DNA of 64,000 nucleotides from assembly GCA_964057225.1 (NCBI GenBank), contig OZ059894.1, forward strand, positions 18,786,001 through 18,850,000. The letters are read 5' to 3'. Below, piece by piece: positions 43,622 to 58,600 of the stretch; the stretch's first letter is position 1; every line of letters begins with the position of its first letter. The position numbers and the translations under genes were made by a program. The DNA comes from Auanema rhodensis. Its lineage: Eukaryota; Animalia; Nematoda. The notes beneath the pieces are model-generated. The model searched no databases. It was not told the DNA's origin and worked only from the letters and a program-made list of their open reading frames with translations.

Positions 43622-46600
43622 TGTGAACTTATATCAGTTGATATCTCGGTGCATTTTTAAGCTAGCACAAATCTGATAACACAGATCGACGCAGCTTAAA
43701 AATCCGCATCGAATGCACTATACTACATTGAGAAACGCTTAATACAAAAATTAGTTATGATCGTTTGAAAAATGATGCATTAGTGTATGTTGAGTTTCCA
43801 TGTACACTCAACATTGCTTCCAAAAACATTTTGACAAAAATTTTTTCGAAAAATTTCAAAATAATTTAGCAAAAAGTAGATGTTTTTAGATTCCTTTTTT
43901 CAAGGCAAAGACGATGGACAATGTTATTCAACGAAAAAATTAATTCTTCAGGGTGAAAATCGAGGATATAAGTGTGAACTTATATCAGTTGATATCTCGG
44001 TGCATTTTTAAGCTAGCGCAAATCTGATAACACAGATCGACGCAGCTTAAAAATCCGCATCGAATGCACTATACTACATTGAGAAACGCTTAATACAAAA
44101 ATTAGTTATGATCGTTTGAAAAATGATGCATTAGTGTATGTTGAGTTTCCATGTACACTCAACATTGCTTCCAAAAACATTTTGACAAAAATTTTTTCGA
44201 AAAATTTCAAAATAATTTAGCAAAAAGTAGATGTTTTTAGATTCCTTTTTTCAAGGCAAAGACGATGGACAATGTTATTCAACGAAAAAATTAATTCTTC
44301 AGGGTGAAAATCGAGGATATAAGTGTGAACTTATATCAGTTGATATCTCGGTGCATTTTTAAGCTAGCGCAAATCTGATAACACAGATCGACGCAGCTTA
44401 AAAATCCGCATCGAATGCACTATACTACATTGAGAAACGCTTAATACAAAAATTAGTTATGATCGTTTGAAAAATGATGCATTAGTGTATGTTGAGTTTC
44501 CATGTACACTCAACATTGCTTCCAAAAACATTTTGACAAAAATTTTTTCGAAAAATTTCAAAATAATTTAGCAAAAAGTAGATGTTTTTAGATTCCTTTT
44601 TTCAAGGCAAAGACGATGGACAATGTTATTCAACGAAAAAATTAATTCTTCAGGGTGAAAATCGAGGATATAAGTGTGAACTTATATCAGTTGATATCTC
44701 GGTGCATTTTTAAGCTAGCGCAAATCTGATAACACAGATCGACGCAGCTTAAAAATCCGCATCGAATGCACTATACTACATTGAGAAACGCTTAATACAA
44801 AAATTAGTTATGATCGTTTGAAAAATGATGCATTAGTGTATGTTGAGTTTCCATGTACACTCAACATTGCTTCCAAAAACATTTTGACAAAAATTTTTTC
44901 GAAAAATTTCAAAATAATTTAGCAAAAAGTAGATGTTTTTAGATTCCTTTTTTCAAGGCAAAGACGATGGACAATGTTATTCAACGAAAAAATTAATTCT
45001 TCAGGGTGAAAATCGAGGATATAAGTGTGAACTTATATCAGTTGATATCTCGGTGCATTTTTAAGCTAGCGCAAATCTGATAACACAGATCGACGCAGCT
45101 TAAAAATCCGCATCGAATGCACTATACTACATTGAGAAACGCTTAATACAAAAATTAGTTATGATCGTTTGAAAAATGATGCATTAGTGTATGTTGAGTT
45201 TCCATGTACACTCAACATTGCTTCCAAAAACATTTTGACAAAAATTTTTTCGAAAAATTTCAAAATAATTTAGCAAAAAGTAGATGTTTTTAGATTCCTT
45301 TTTTCAAGGCAAAGACGATGGACAATGTTATTCAACGAAAAAATTAATTCTTCAGGGTGAAAATCGAGGATATAAGTGTGAACTTATATCAGTTGATATC
45401 TCGGTGCATTTTTAAGCTAGCGCAAATCTGATAACACAGATCGACGCAGCTTAAAAATCCGCATCGAATGCACTATACTACATTGAGAAACGCTTAATAC
45501 AAAAATTAGTTATGATCGTTTGAAAAATGATGCATTAGTGTATGTTGAGTTTCCATGTACACTCAACATTGCTTCCAAAAACATTTTGACAAAAATTTTT
45601 TCAAAAAATTTCAAAATAATTTAGCAAAAAGTAGATGTTTTTAGATTCCTTTTTTCAAGGCAAAGACGATGGACAATGTTATTCAACGAAAAAATTAATT
45701 CTTCAGGGTGAAAATCGAGGATATAAGTGTGAACTTATATCAGTTGATATCTCGGTGCATTTTTAAGCTAGCGCAAATCTGATAACACAGATCGACGCAG
45801 CTTAAAAATCCGCATCGAATGCACTATACTACATTGAGAAACGCTTAATACAAAAATTAGTTATGATCGTTTGAAAAATGATGCATTAGTGTATGTTGAG
45901 TTTCCATGTACACTCAACATTGCTTCCAAAAACATTTTGACAAAAATTTTTTCGAAAAATTTCAAAATAATTTAGCAAAAAGTAGATGTTTTTAGATTCC
46001 TTTTTTCAAGGCAAAGACGATGGACAATGTTATTCAACGAAAAAATTAATTCTTCAGGGTGAAAATCGAGGATATAAGTGTGAACTTATATCAGTTGATA
46101 TCTCGGTGCATTTTTAAGCTAGCGCAAATCTGATAACACAGATCGACGCAGCTTAAAAATCCGCATCGAATGCACTATACTACATTGAGAAACGCTTAAT
46201 ACAAAAATTAGTTATGATCGTTTGAAAAATGATGCATTAGTGTATGTTGAGTTTCCATGTACACTCAACATTGCTTCCAAAAACATTTTGACAAAAATTT
46301 TTTCGAAAAATTTCAAAATAATTTAGCAAAAAGTAGATGTTTTTAGATTCCTTTTTTCAAGGCAAAGACGATGGACAATGTTATTCAACGAAAAAATTAA
46401 TTCTTCAGGGTGAAAATCGAGGATATAAGTGTGAACTTATATCAGTTGATATCTCGGTGCATTTTTAAGCTAGCGCAAATCTGATAACACAGATCGACGC
46501 AGCTTAAAAATCCGCATCGAATGCACTATACTACATTGAGAAACGCTTAATACAAAAATTAGTTATGATCGTTTGAAAAATGATGCATTAGTGTATGTTG

Positions 46601-49600
46601 AGTTTCCATGTACACTCAACATTGCTTCCAGAAACATTTTGACAAAAATTTTTTCGAAAAATTTCAAAATAATTTAGCAAAAAGTAGATGTTTTTAGATT
46701 CCTTTTTTCAAGGCAAAGACGATGGACAATGTTATTCAACGAAAAAATTAATTCTTCAGGGTGAAAATCGAGGATATAAGTGTGAACTTATATCAGTTGA
46801 TATCTCGGTGCATTTTTAAGCTAGCGCAAATCTGATAACACAGATCGACGCAGCTTAAAAATCCGCATCGAATGCACTATACTACATTGAGAAACGCTTA
46901 ATACAAAAATTAGTTATGATCGTTTGAAAAATGATGCATTAGTGTATGTTGAGTTTCCATGTACACTCAACATTGCTTCCAAAAACATTTTGACAAAAAT
47001 TTTTTCGAAAAATTTCAAAATAATTTAGCAAAAAGTAGATGTTTTTAGATTCCTTTTTTCAAGGCAAAGACGATGAACAATGTTATTCAACGAAAAAAAT
47101 AATTCTTCAGGGTGAAAATCGACGATATAAGTGTGAACTTATATCAGTTGATATCTCGGTGCATTTTTAAGCTAGCACAAATCTGATAACACAGATCGAC
47201 GCAGCTTAAAAATCCGCATCGAATGCACTATACTACATTGAGAAACGCTTAATACAAAAATTAGTTATGATCGTTTGAAAAATGATGCATTAGTGTATGT
47301 TGAGTTTCCATGTACACTCAACATTGCTTCCAAAAACATTTTGACAAAAATTTTTTCGAAAAATTTCAAAATAATTTAGCAAAAAGTAGATGTTTTTAGA
47401 TTCCTTTTTTCAAGGCAAAGACGATGGACAATGTTATTCAACGAAAAAATTAATTCTTCAGGGTGAAAATCGCGGATATAAGTGTGAACTTATATCAGTT
47501 GATATCTCGGTGCATTTTTAAGCTAGCGCAAATCTGATAACACAGATCGACGCAGCTTAAAAATCCGCATCGAATGCACTATACTACATTGAGAAACGCT
47601 TAATACAAAAATTAGTTATGATCGTTTGAAAAATGATGCATTAGTGTATGTTGAGTTTCCATGTACACTCAACATTGCTTCCAAAAACATTTTGACAAAA
47701 ATTTTTTCGAAAAATTTCAAAATAATTTAGCAAAAAGTAGATGTTTTTAGATTCCTTTTTTCAAGGCAAAGACGATGGACAATGTTATTCAACGAAAAAA
47801 ATAATTCTTCAGGGTGAAAATCGAGGATATAAGTGTGAACTTATATCAGTTGATATCTCGGTGCATTTTTAAGCTAGCACAAATCTGATAACACAGATCG
47901 ACGCAGCTTAAAAATCCGCATCGAATGCACTATACTACATTGAGAAACGCTTAATACAAAAATTAGTTATGATCGTTTGAAAAATGATGCATTAGTGTAT
48001 GTTGAGTTTCCATGTACACTCAACATTGCTTCCAAAAACATTTTGACAAAAATTTTTTCGAAAAATTTCAAAATAATTTAGCAAAAAGTAGATGTTTTTA
48101 GATTCCTTTTTTCAAGGCAAAGACGATGGACAATGTTATTCAACGAAAAAATTAATTCTTCAGGGTGAAAATCGAGGATATAAGTGTGAACTTATATCAG
48201 TTGATATCTCGGTGCATTTTTAAGCTAGCGCAAATCTGATAACACAGATCGACGCAGCTTAAAAATCCGCATCGAATGCACTATACTACATTGAGAAACG
48301 CTTAATACAAAAATTAGTTATGATCGTTTGAAAAATGATGCATTAGTGTATGTTGAGTTTCCATGTACACTCAACATTGCTTCCAAAAACATTTTGACAA
48401 AAATTTTTTCGAAAAATTTCAAAATAATTTAGCAAAAAGTAGATGTTTTTAGATTCCTTTTTTCAAGGCAAAGACGATGGACAATGTTATTCAACGAAAA
48501 AATTAATTCTTCAGGGTGAAAATCGAGGATATAAGTGTGAACTTATATCAGTTGATATCTCGGTGCATTTTTAAGCTAGCGCAAATCTGATAACACAGAT
48601 CGACGCAGCTTAAAAATCCGCATCGAATGCACTATACTACATTGAGAAACGCTTAATACAAAAATTAGTTATGATCGTTTGAAAAATGATGCATTAGTGT
48701 ATGTTGAGTTTCCATGTACACTCAACATTGCTTCCAAAAACATTTTGACAAAAATTTTTTCGAAAAATTTCAAAATAATTTAGCAAAAAGTAGATGTTTT
48801 TAGATTCCTTTTTTCAAGGCAAAGACGATGGACAATGTTATTCAACGAAAAAAATAATTCTTCAGGGTGAAAATCGAGGATATAAGTGTGAACTTATATC
48901 AGTTGATATCTCGGTGCATTTTTAAGCTAGCACAAATCTGATAACACAGATCGACGCAGCTTAAAAATCCGCATCGAATGCACTATACTACATTGAGAAA
49001 CGCTTAATACAAAAATTAGTTATGATCGTTTGAAAAATGATGCATTAGTGTATGTTGAGTTTCCATGTACACTCAACATTGCTTCCAAAAACATTTTGAC
49101 AAAAATTTTTTCGAAAAATTTCAAAATAATTTAGCAAAAAGTAGATGTTTTTAGATTCCTTTTTTCAAGGCAAAGACGATGGACAATGTTATTCAACGAA
49201 AAAATTAATTCTTCAGGGTGAAAATCGAGGATATAAGTGTGAACTTATATCAGTTGATATCTCGGTGCATTTTTAAGCTAGCGCAAATCTGATAACACAG
49301 ATCGACGCAGCTTAAAAATCCGCATCGAATGCACTATACTACATGGAGAAACGCTTAATACAAAAATTAGTTATGATCGTTTGAAAAATGATGCATTAGT
49401 GTATGTTGAGTTTCCATGTACACTCAACATTGCTTCCAAAAACATTTTGACAAAAATTTTTTCGAAAAATTTCAAAATAATTTAGCAAAAAGTAGATGTT
49501 TTTAGATTCCTTTTTTCAAGGCAAAGACGATGGACAATGTTATTCAACGAAAAAATTAATTCTTCAGGGTGAAAATCGAGGATATAAGTGTGAACTTATA

Positions 49601-52600
49601 TCAGTTGATATCTCGGTGCATTTTTAAGCTAGCGCAAATCTGATAACACAGATCGACGCAGCTTAAAAATCCGCATCGAATGCACTATACTACATTGAGA
49701 AACGCTTAATACAAAAATTAGTTATGATCGTTTGAAAAATGATGCATTAGTGTATGTTGAGTTTCCATGTACACTCAACATTGCTTCCAAAAACATTTTG
49801 ACAAAAATTTTTTCGAAAAATTTCAAGATAATATAGCAAAAAGTAGATGTTTTTAGATTCCTTTTTTCAAGGCAAAGACGATGGACAATGTTATTCAACG
49901 AAAAAATTAATTCTTCAGGGTGAAAATCGAGGATATAAGTGTGAACTTATATCAGTTGAGATCTCGGTGCATTTTTAAGCTAGCGCAAATCTGATAACAC
50001 AGATCGACGCAGCTTGAAAATCCGCATCGAATGCACTATACTACATTGAGAAACGCTTAATACAAAAATTAGTTATGATCGTTTGAAAAATGATGCATTA
50101 GTGTATGTTGAGTTTCCATGTACACTCAACATTGCTTCCAAAAACATTTTGACAAAAATTTTTTCGAAAAATTTCAAGATAAATTAGCAAAAAATAGATG
50201 TTTTTAGATTCCTTCTTTCAAGGCAAAGACGATGGACAATGTTATTCAACAAAAAAATTAATTCTTCAGGGTGAAAATCGAGGATATAAGTGTGAACTTA
50301 TATCAGTTGATATCTCGGTGCATTTTTAAGCTAGCGCAAATCTGATAACACAGATCGACGCAGCTTAAAAATCCGCATCGAATGCACTATACTACATTGA
50401 GAAACGCTTAATACAAAAATTAGTTATGATCGTTTGAAAAATGATGCATTAGTGTATGTTGAGTTTCCATGTACACTCAACATTGCTTCCAGAAACATTT
50501 TGACAAAAATTTTTTCGAAAAATTTCAAAATAATTTAGCAAAAAGTAGATGTTTTTAGATTCCTTTTTTCAAGGCAAAGACGATGGACAATGTTATTCAA
50601 CGAAAAAATTAATTCTTCAGGGTGAAAATCGAGGATATAAGTGTGAACTTATATCAGTTGATATCTCGGTGCATTTTTAAGCTAGCGCAAATCTGATAAC
50701 ACAGATCGACGCAGCTTAAAAATCCGCATCGAATGCACTATACTACATTGAGAAACGCTTAATACAAAAATTAGTTATGATCGTTTGAAAAATGATGCAT
50801 TAGTGTATGTTGAGTTTCCATGTACACTCAACATTGCTTCCAAAAACATTTTGACAAAAATTTTTTCGAAAAATTTCAAAATAATTTAGCAAAAAGTAGA
50901 TGTTTTTAGATTCCTTTTTTCAAGGCAAAGACGATGGACAATGTTATTCAACGAAAAAATTAATTCTTCAGGGTGAAAATCGAGGATATAAGTGTGAACT
51001 TATATCAGTTGATATCTCGGTGCATTTTTAAGCTAGCGCAAATCTGATAACACAGATCGACGCAGCTTAAAAATCCGCATCGAATGCACTATACTACATT
51101 GAGAAACGCTTAATACAAAAATTAGTTATGATCGTTTGAAAAATGATGCATTAGTGTATGTTGAGTTTCCATGTACACTCAACATTGCTTCCAAAAACAT
51201 TTTGACAAAAATTTTTTCGAAAAATTTCAAGATAATATAGCAAAAAGTAGATGTTTTTAGATTCCTTTTTTCAAGGCAAAGACGATGGACAATGTTATTC
51301 AACGAAAAAATTAATTCTTCAGGGTGAAAATCGAGGATATAAGTGTGAACTTATATCAGTTGAGATCTCGGTGCATTTTTAAGCTAGCGCAAATCTGATA
51401 ACACAGATCGACGCAGCTTGAAAATCCGCATCGAATGCACTATACTACATTGAGAAACGCTTAATACAAAAATTAGTTATGATCGTTTGAAAAATGATGC
51501 ATTAGTGTATGTTGAGTTTCCATGTACACTCAACATTGCTTCCAAAAACATTTTGACAAAAATTTTTTCGAAAAATTTCAAGATAAATTAGCAAAAAATA
51601 GATGTTTTTAGATTCCTTCTTTCAAGGCAAAGACGATGGACAATGTTATTCAACAAAAAAATTAATTCTTCAGGGTGAAAATCGAGGATATAAGTGTGAA
51701 CTTATATCAGTTGATATCTCGGTGCATTTTTAAGCTAGCGCAAATCTGATAACACAGATCGACGCAGCTTAAAAATCCGCATCGAATGCACTATACTACA
51801 TTGAGAAACGCTTAATACAAAAATTAGTTATGATCGTTTGAAAAATGATGCATTAGTGTATGTTGAGTTTCCATGTACACTCAACATTGCTTCCAGAAAC
51901 ATTTTGACAAAAATTTTTTCGAAAAATTTCAAGATAATTTAGCAAAAAGTAGATGTTTTTAGATTCCTTTTTTCAAGGCAAAGACGATGGACAATGTTAT
52001 TCAACGAAAAAATTAATTCTTCAGGGTGAAAATCGAGGATATAAGTGTGAACTTATATCAGTTGATATCTCGGTGCATTTTTAAGCTAGCGCAAATCTGA
52101 TAACACAGATCGACGCAGCTTAAAAATCCGCATCGAATGCACTATACTACATTGAGAAACGCTTAATACAAAAATTAGTTATGATCGTTTGAAAAATGAT
52201 GCATTAGTGTATGTTGAGTTTCCATGTACACTCAACATTGCTTCCAAAAACATTTTGACAAAAATTTTTTCGAAAAATTTCAAAATAATTTAGCAAAAAG
52301 TAGATGTTTTTAGATTCCTTTTTTCAAGGCAAAGACGATGAACAATGTTATTCAACGAAAAAAATAATTCTTCAGGGTGAAAATCGAGGATATAAGTGTG
52401 AACTTATATCAGTTGATATCTCGGTGCATTTTTAAGCTAGCGCAAATCTGATAACACAGATCGACGCAGCTTAAAAATCCGCATCGAATGCACTATACTA
52501 CATTGAGAAACGCTTAATACAAAAATTAGTTATGATCGTTTGAAAAATGATGCATTAGTGTATGTTGAGTTTCCATGTACACTCAACATTGCTTCCAAAA

Positions 52601-55600
52601 ACATTTTGACAAAAATTTTTTCGAAAAATTTCAAGATAACTTAGCAAAAAGTAGATGTTTTTAGATTCCTTTTTTCAAGGCAAAGACGATGGACAATGTT
52701 ATTCAACGAAAAAATTAATTCTTCAGGGTGAAAATCGAGGATATAAGTGTGAACTTATATCAGTTGAGATCTCGGTGCATTTTTAAGCTAGCGCAAATCT
52801 GATAACACAGATCGACGCAGCTTGAAAATCCGCATCGAATGCACTATACTACATTGAGAAACGCTTAATACAAAAATTAGTTATGATCGTTTGAAAAATG
52901 ATGCATTAGTGTATGTTGAGTTTCCATGTACACTCAACATTGCTTCCAAAAACATTTTGACAAAAATTTTTTCGAAAAATTTCAAAATAAATTAGCAAAA
53001 AATAGATGTTTTTAGATTCCTTCTTTCAAGGCAAAGACGATGAACAATGTTATTCAACGAAAAAATTAATTCTTCAGGGTGAAAATCGAGGATATAAGTG
53101 TGAACTTATATCAGTTGAGATCTCGGTGCATTTTTAAGCTAGCGCAAATCTGATAACACAGATCGACGCAGCTTAAAAATCCGCATCGAATGCATTATAC
53201 TACATTGAGAAACGCTTAATACAAAAATTAGTTATGATCGTTTGAAAAATGATGCATTAGTGTATGTTGAGTTTCCATGTACACTCAACATTGCTTCCAA
53301 AAACATTTTGACAAAAATTTTTTCGAAAAATTTCAAAATAATTTAGCAAAAAGTAGATGTTTTTAGATTCCTTTTTTCAAGGCAAAGACGATGGACAATG
53401 TTATTCAACGAAAAAATTAATTCTTCAGGGTGAAAATCGAGGATATAAGTGTGAACTTATATCAGTTGATATCTCGGTGCATTTTTAAGCTAGCGCAAAT
53501 CTGATAACACAGATCGACGCAGCTTAAAAATCCGCATCGAATGCACTATACTACATTGAGAAACGCTTAATACAAAAATTAGTTATGATCGTTTGAAAAA
53601 TGATGCATTAGTGTATGTTGAGTTTCCATGTACACTCAACATTGCTTCCAAAAACATTTTGACAAAAATTTTTTCGAAAAATTTCAAAATAATTTAGCAA
53701 AAAGTAGATGTTTTTAGATTCCTTTTTTCAAGGCAAAGACGATGGACAATGTTATTCAACGAAAAAAATAATTCTTCAGGGTGAAAATCGAGGATATAAG
53801 TGTGAACTTATATCAGTTGATATCTCGGTGCATTTTTAAGCTAGCGCAAATCTGATAACACAGATCGACGCAGCTTAAAAATCCGCATCGAATGCACTAT
53901 ACTACATTGAGAAACGCTTAATACAAAAATTAGTTATGATCGTTTGAAAAATGATGCATTAGTGTATGTTGAGTTTCCATGTACACTCAACATTGCTTCC
54001 AAAAACATTTTGACAAAAATTTTTTCGAAAAATTTCAAAATAATTTAGCAAAAAGTAGATGTTTTTAGATTCCTTTTTTCAAGGCAAAGACGATGGACAA
54101 TGTTATTCAACGAAAAAATTAATTCTTCAGGGTGAAAATCGAGGATATAAGTGTGAACTTATATCAGTTGATATCTCGGTGCATTTTTAAGCTAGCGCAA
54201 ATCTGATAACACAGATCGACGCAGCTTAAAAATCCGCATCGAATGCACTATACTACATTGAGAAACGCTTAATACAAAAATTAGTTATGATCGTTTGAAA
54301 AATGATGCATTAGTGTATGTTGAGTTTCCATGTACACTCAACATTGCTTCCAAAAACATTTTGACAAAAATTTTTTCGAAAAATTTCAAAATAATTTAGC
54401 AAAAAGTAGATGTTTTTAGATTCCTTTTTTCAAGGCAAAGACGATGGACAATGTTATTCAACGAAAAAAATAATTCTTCAGGGTGAAAATCGAGGATATA
54501 AGTGTGAACTTATATCAGTTGATATCTCGGTGCATTTTTAAGCTAGCGCAAATCTGATAACACAGATCGACGCAGCTTAAAAATCCGCATCGAATGCACT
54601 ATACTACATTGAGAAACGCTTAATACAAAAATTAGTTATGATCGTTTGAAAAATGATGCATTAGTGTATGTTGAGTTTCCATGTACACTCAACATTGCTT
54701 CCAAAAACATTTTGACAAAAATTTTTTCGAAAAATTTCAAAATAATTTAGCAAAAAGTAGATGTTTTTAGATTCCTTTTTTCAAGGCAAAGACGATGGAC
54801 AATGTTATTCAACGAAAAAATTAATTCTTCAGGGTGAAAATCGAGGATATAAGTGTGAACTTATATCAGTTGATATCTCGGTGCATTTTTAAGCTAGCGC
54901 AAATCTGATAACACAGATCGACGCAGCTTAAAAATCCGCATCGAATGCACTATACTACATTGAGAAACGCTTAATACAAAAATTAGTTATGATCGTTTGA
55001 AAAATGATGCATTAGTGTATGTTGAGTTTCCATGTACACTCAACATTGCTTCCAAAAACATTTTGACAAAAATTTTTTCGAAAAATTTCAAGATAATATA
55101 GCAAAAAGTAGATGTTTTTAGATTCCTTTTTTCAAGGCAAAGACGATGGACAATGTTATTCAACGAAAAAATTAATTCTTCAGGGTGAAAATCGAGGATA
55201 TAAGTGTGAACTTATATCAGTTGAGATCTCGGTGCATTTTTAAGCTAGCGCAAATCTGATAACACAGATCGACGCAGCTTGAAAATCCGCATCGAATGCA
55301 CTATACTACATTGAGAAACGCTTAATACAAAAATTAGTTATGATCGTTTGAAAAATGATGCATTAGTGTATGTTGAGTTTCCATGTACACTCAACATTGC
55401 TTCCAAAAACATTTTGACAAAAATTTTTTCGAAAAATTTCAAGATAAATTAGCAAAAAATAGATGTTTTTAGATTCCTTCTTTCAAGGCAAAGACGATGG
55501 ACAATGTTATTCAACAAAAAAATTAATTCTTCAGGGTGAAAATCGAGGATATAAGTGTGAACTTATATCAGTTGATATCTCGGTGCATTTTTAAGCTAGC

Positions 55601-58600
55601 GCAAATCTGATAACACAGATCGACGCAGCTTAAAAATCCGCATCGAATGCACTATACTACATTGAGAAACGCTTAATACAAAAATTAGTTATGATCGTTT
55701 GAAAAATGATGCATTAGTGTATGTTGAGTTTCCATGTACACTCAACATTGCTTCCAGAAACATTTTGACAAAAATTTTTTCGAAAAATTTCAAAATAATT
55801 TAGCAAAAAGTAGATGTTTTTAGATTCCTTTTTTCAAGGCAAAGACGATGGACAATGTTATTCAACGAAAAAATTAATTCTTCAGGGTGAAAATCGAGGA
55901 TATAAGTGTGAACTTATATCAGTTGATATCTCGGTGCATTTTTAAGCTAGCGCAAATCTGATAACACAGATCGACGCAGCTTAAAAATCCGCATCGAATG
56001 CACTATACTACATTGAGAAACGCTTAATACAAAAATTAGTTATGATCGTTTGAAAAATGATGCATTAGTGTATGTTGAGTTTCCATGTACACTCAACATT
56101 GCTTCCAAAAACATTTTGACAAAAATTTTTTCGAAAAATTTCAAAATAATTTAGCAAAAAGTAGATGTTTTTAGATTCCTTTTTTCAAGGCAAAGACGAT
56201 GAACAATGTTATTCAACGAAAAAAATAATTCTTCAGGGTGAAAATCGAGGATATAAGTGTGAACTTATATCAGTTGATATCTCGGTGCATTTTTAAGCTA
56301 GCGCAAATCTGATAACACAGATCGACGCAGCTTAAAAATCCGCATCGAATGCACTATACTACATTGAGAAACGCTTAATACAAAAATTAGTTATGATCGT
56401 TTGAAAAATGATGCATTAGTGTATGTTGAGTTTCCATGTACACTCAACATTGCTTCCAAAAACATTTTGACAAAAATTTTTTCGAAAAATTTCAAGATAA
56501 ATTAGCAAAAAATAGATGTTTTTAGATTCCTTCTTTCAAGGCAAAGACGATGGACAATGTTATTCAACAAAAAAATTAATTCTTCAGGGTGAAAATCGAG
56601 GATATAAGTGTGAACTTATATCAGTTGATATCTCGGTGCATTTTTAAGCTAGCGCAAATCTGATAACACAGATCGACGCAGCTTAAAAATCCGCATCGAA
56701 TGCACTATACTACATTGAGAAACGCTTAATACAAAAATTAGTTATGATCGTTTGAAAAATGATGCATTAGTGTATGTTGAGTTTCCATGTACACTCAACA
56801 TTGCTTCCAGAAACATTTTGACAAAAATTTTTTCGAAAAATTTCAAAATAATTTAGCAAAAAGTAGATGTTTTTAGATTCCTTTTTTCAAGGCAAAGACG
56901 ATGGACAATGTTATTCAACGAAAAAATTAATTCTTCAGGGTGAAAATCGAGGATATAAGTGTGAACTTATATCAGTTGATATCTCGGTGCATTTTTAAGC
57001 TAGCGCAAATCTGATAACACAGATCGACGCAGCTTAAAAATCCGCATCGAATGCACTATACTACATTGAGAAACGCTTAATACAAAAATTAGTTATGATC
57101 GTTTGAAAAATGATGCATTAGTGTATGTTGAGTTTCCATGTACACTCAACATTGCTTCCAAAAACATTTTGACAAAAATTTTTTCGAAAAATTTCAAAAT
57201 AATTTAGCAAAAAGTAGATGTTTTTAGATTCCTTTTTTCAAGGCAAAGACGATGGACAATGTTATTCAACGAAAAAAATAATTCTTCAGGGTGAAAATCG
57301 AGGATATAAGTGTGAACTTATATCAGTTGATATCTCGGTGCATTTTTAAGCTAGCACAAATCTGATAACACAGATCGACGCAGCTTAAAAATCCGCATCG
57401 AATGCACTATACTACATTGAGAAACGCTTAATACAAAAATTAGTTATGATCGTTTGAAAAATGATGCATTAGTGTATGTTGAGTTTCCATGTACACTCAA
57501 CATTGCTTCCAAAAACATTTTGACAAAAATTTTTTCGAAAAATTTCAAAATAATTTAGCAAAAAGTAGATGTTTTTAGATTCCTTTTTTCAAGGCAAAGA
57601 CGATGGACAATGTTATTCAACGAAAAAATTAATTCTTCAGGGTGAAAATCGAGGATATAAGTGTGAACTTATATCAGTTGATATCTCGGTGCATTTTTAA
57701 GCTAGCGCAAATCTGATAACACAGATCGACGCAGCTTAAAAATCCGCATCGAATGCACTATACTACATTGAGAAACGCTTAATACAAAAATTAGTTATGA
57801 TCGTTTGAAAAATGATGCATTAGTGTATGTTGAGTTTCCATGTACACTCAACATTGCTTCCAAAAACATTTTGACAAAAATTTTTTCGAAAAATTTCAAA
57901 ATAATTTAGCAAAAAGTAGATGTTTTTAGATTCCTTTTTTCAAGGCAAAGACGATGGACAATGTTATTCAACGAAAAAATTAATTCTTCAGGGTGAAAAT
58001 CGAGGATATAAGTGTGAACTTATATCAGTTGATATCTCGGTGCATTTTTAAGCTAGCACAAATCTGATAACACAGATCGACGCAGCTTAAAAATCCGCAT
58101 CGAATGCACTATACTACATTGAGAAACGCTTAATACAAAAATTAGTTATGATCGTTTGAAAAATGATGCATTAGTGTATGTTGAGTTTCCATGTACACTC
58201 AACATTGCTTCCAAAAACATTTTGACAAAAATTTTTTCGAAAAATTTCAAAATAATTTAGCAAAAAGTAGATGTTTTTAGATTCCTTTTTTCAAGGCAAA
58301 GACGATGGACAATGTTATTCAACGAAAAAATTAATTCTTCAGGGTGAAAATCGAGGATATAAGTGTGAACTTATATATCAGTTGATATCTCGGTGCATTT
58401 TTAAGCTAGCGCAAATCTGATAACACAGATCGACGCAGCTTAAAAATCCGCATCGAATGCACTATACTACATTGAGAAACGCTTAATACAAAAATTAGTT
58501 ATGATCGTTTGAAAAATGATGCATTAGTGTATGTTGAGTTTCCATGTACACTCAACATTGCTTCCAAAAACATTTTGACAAAAATTTTTTCGAAAAATTT

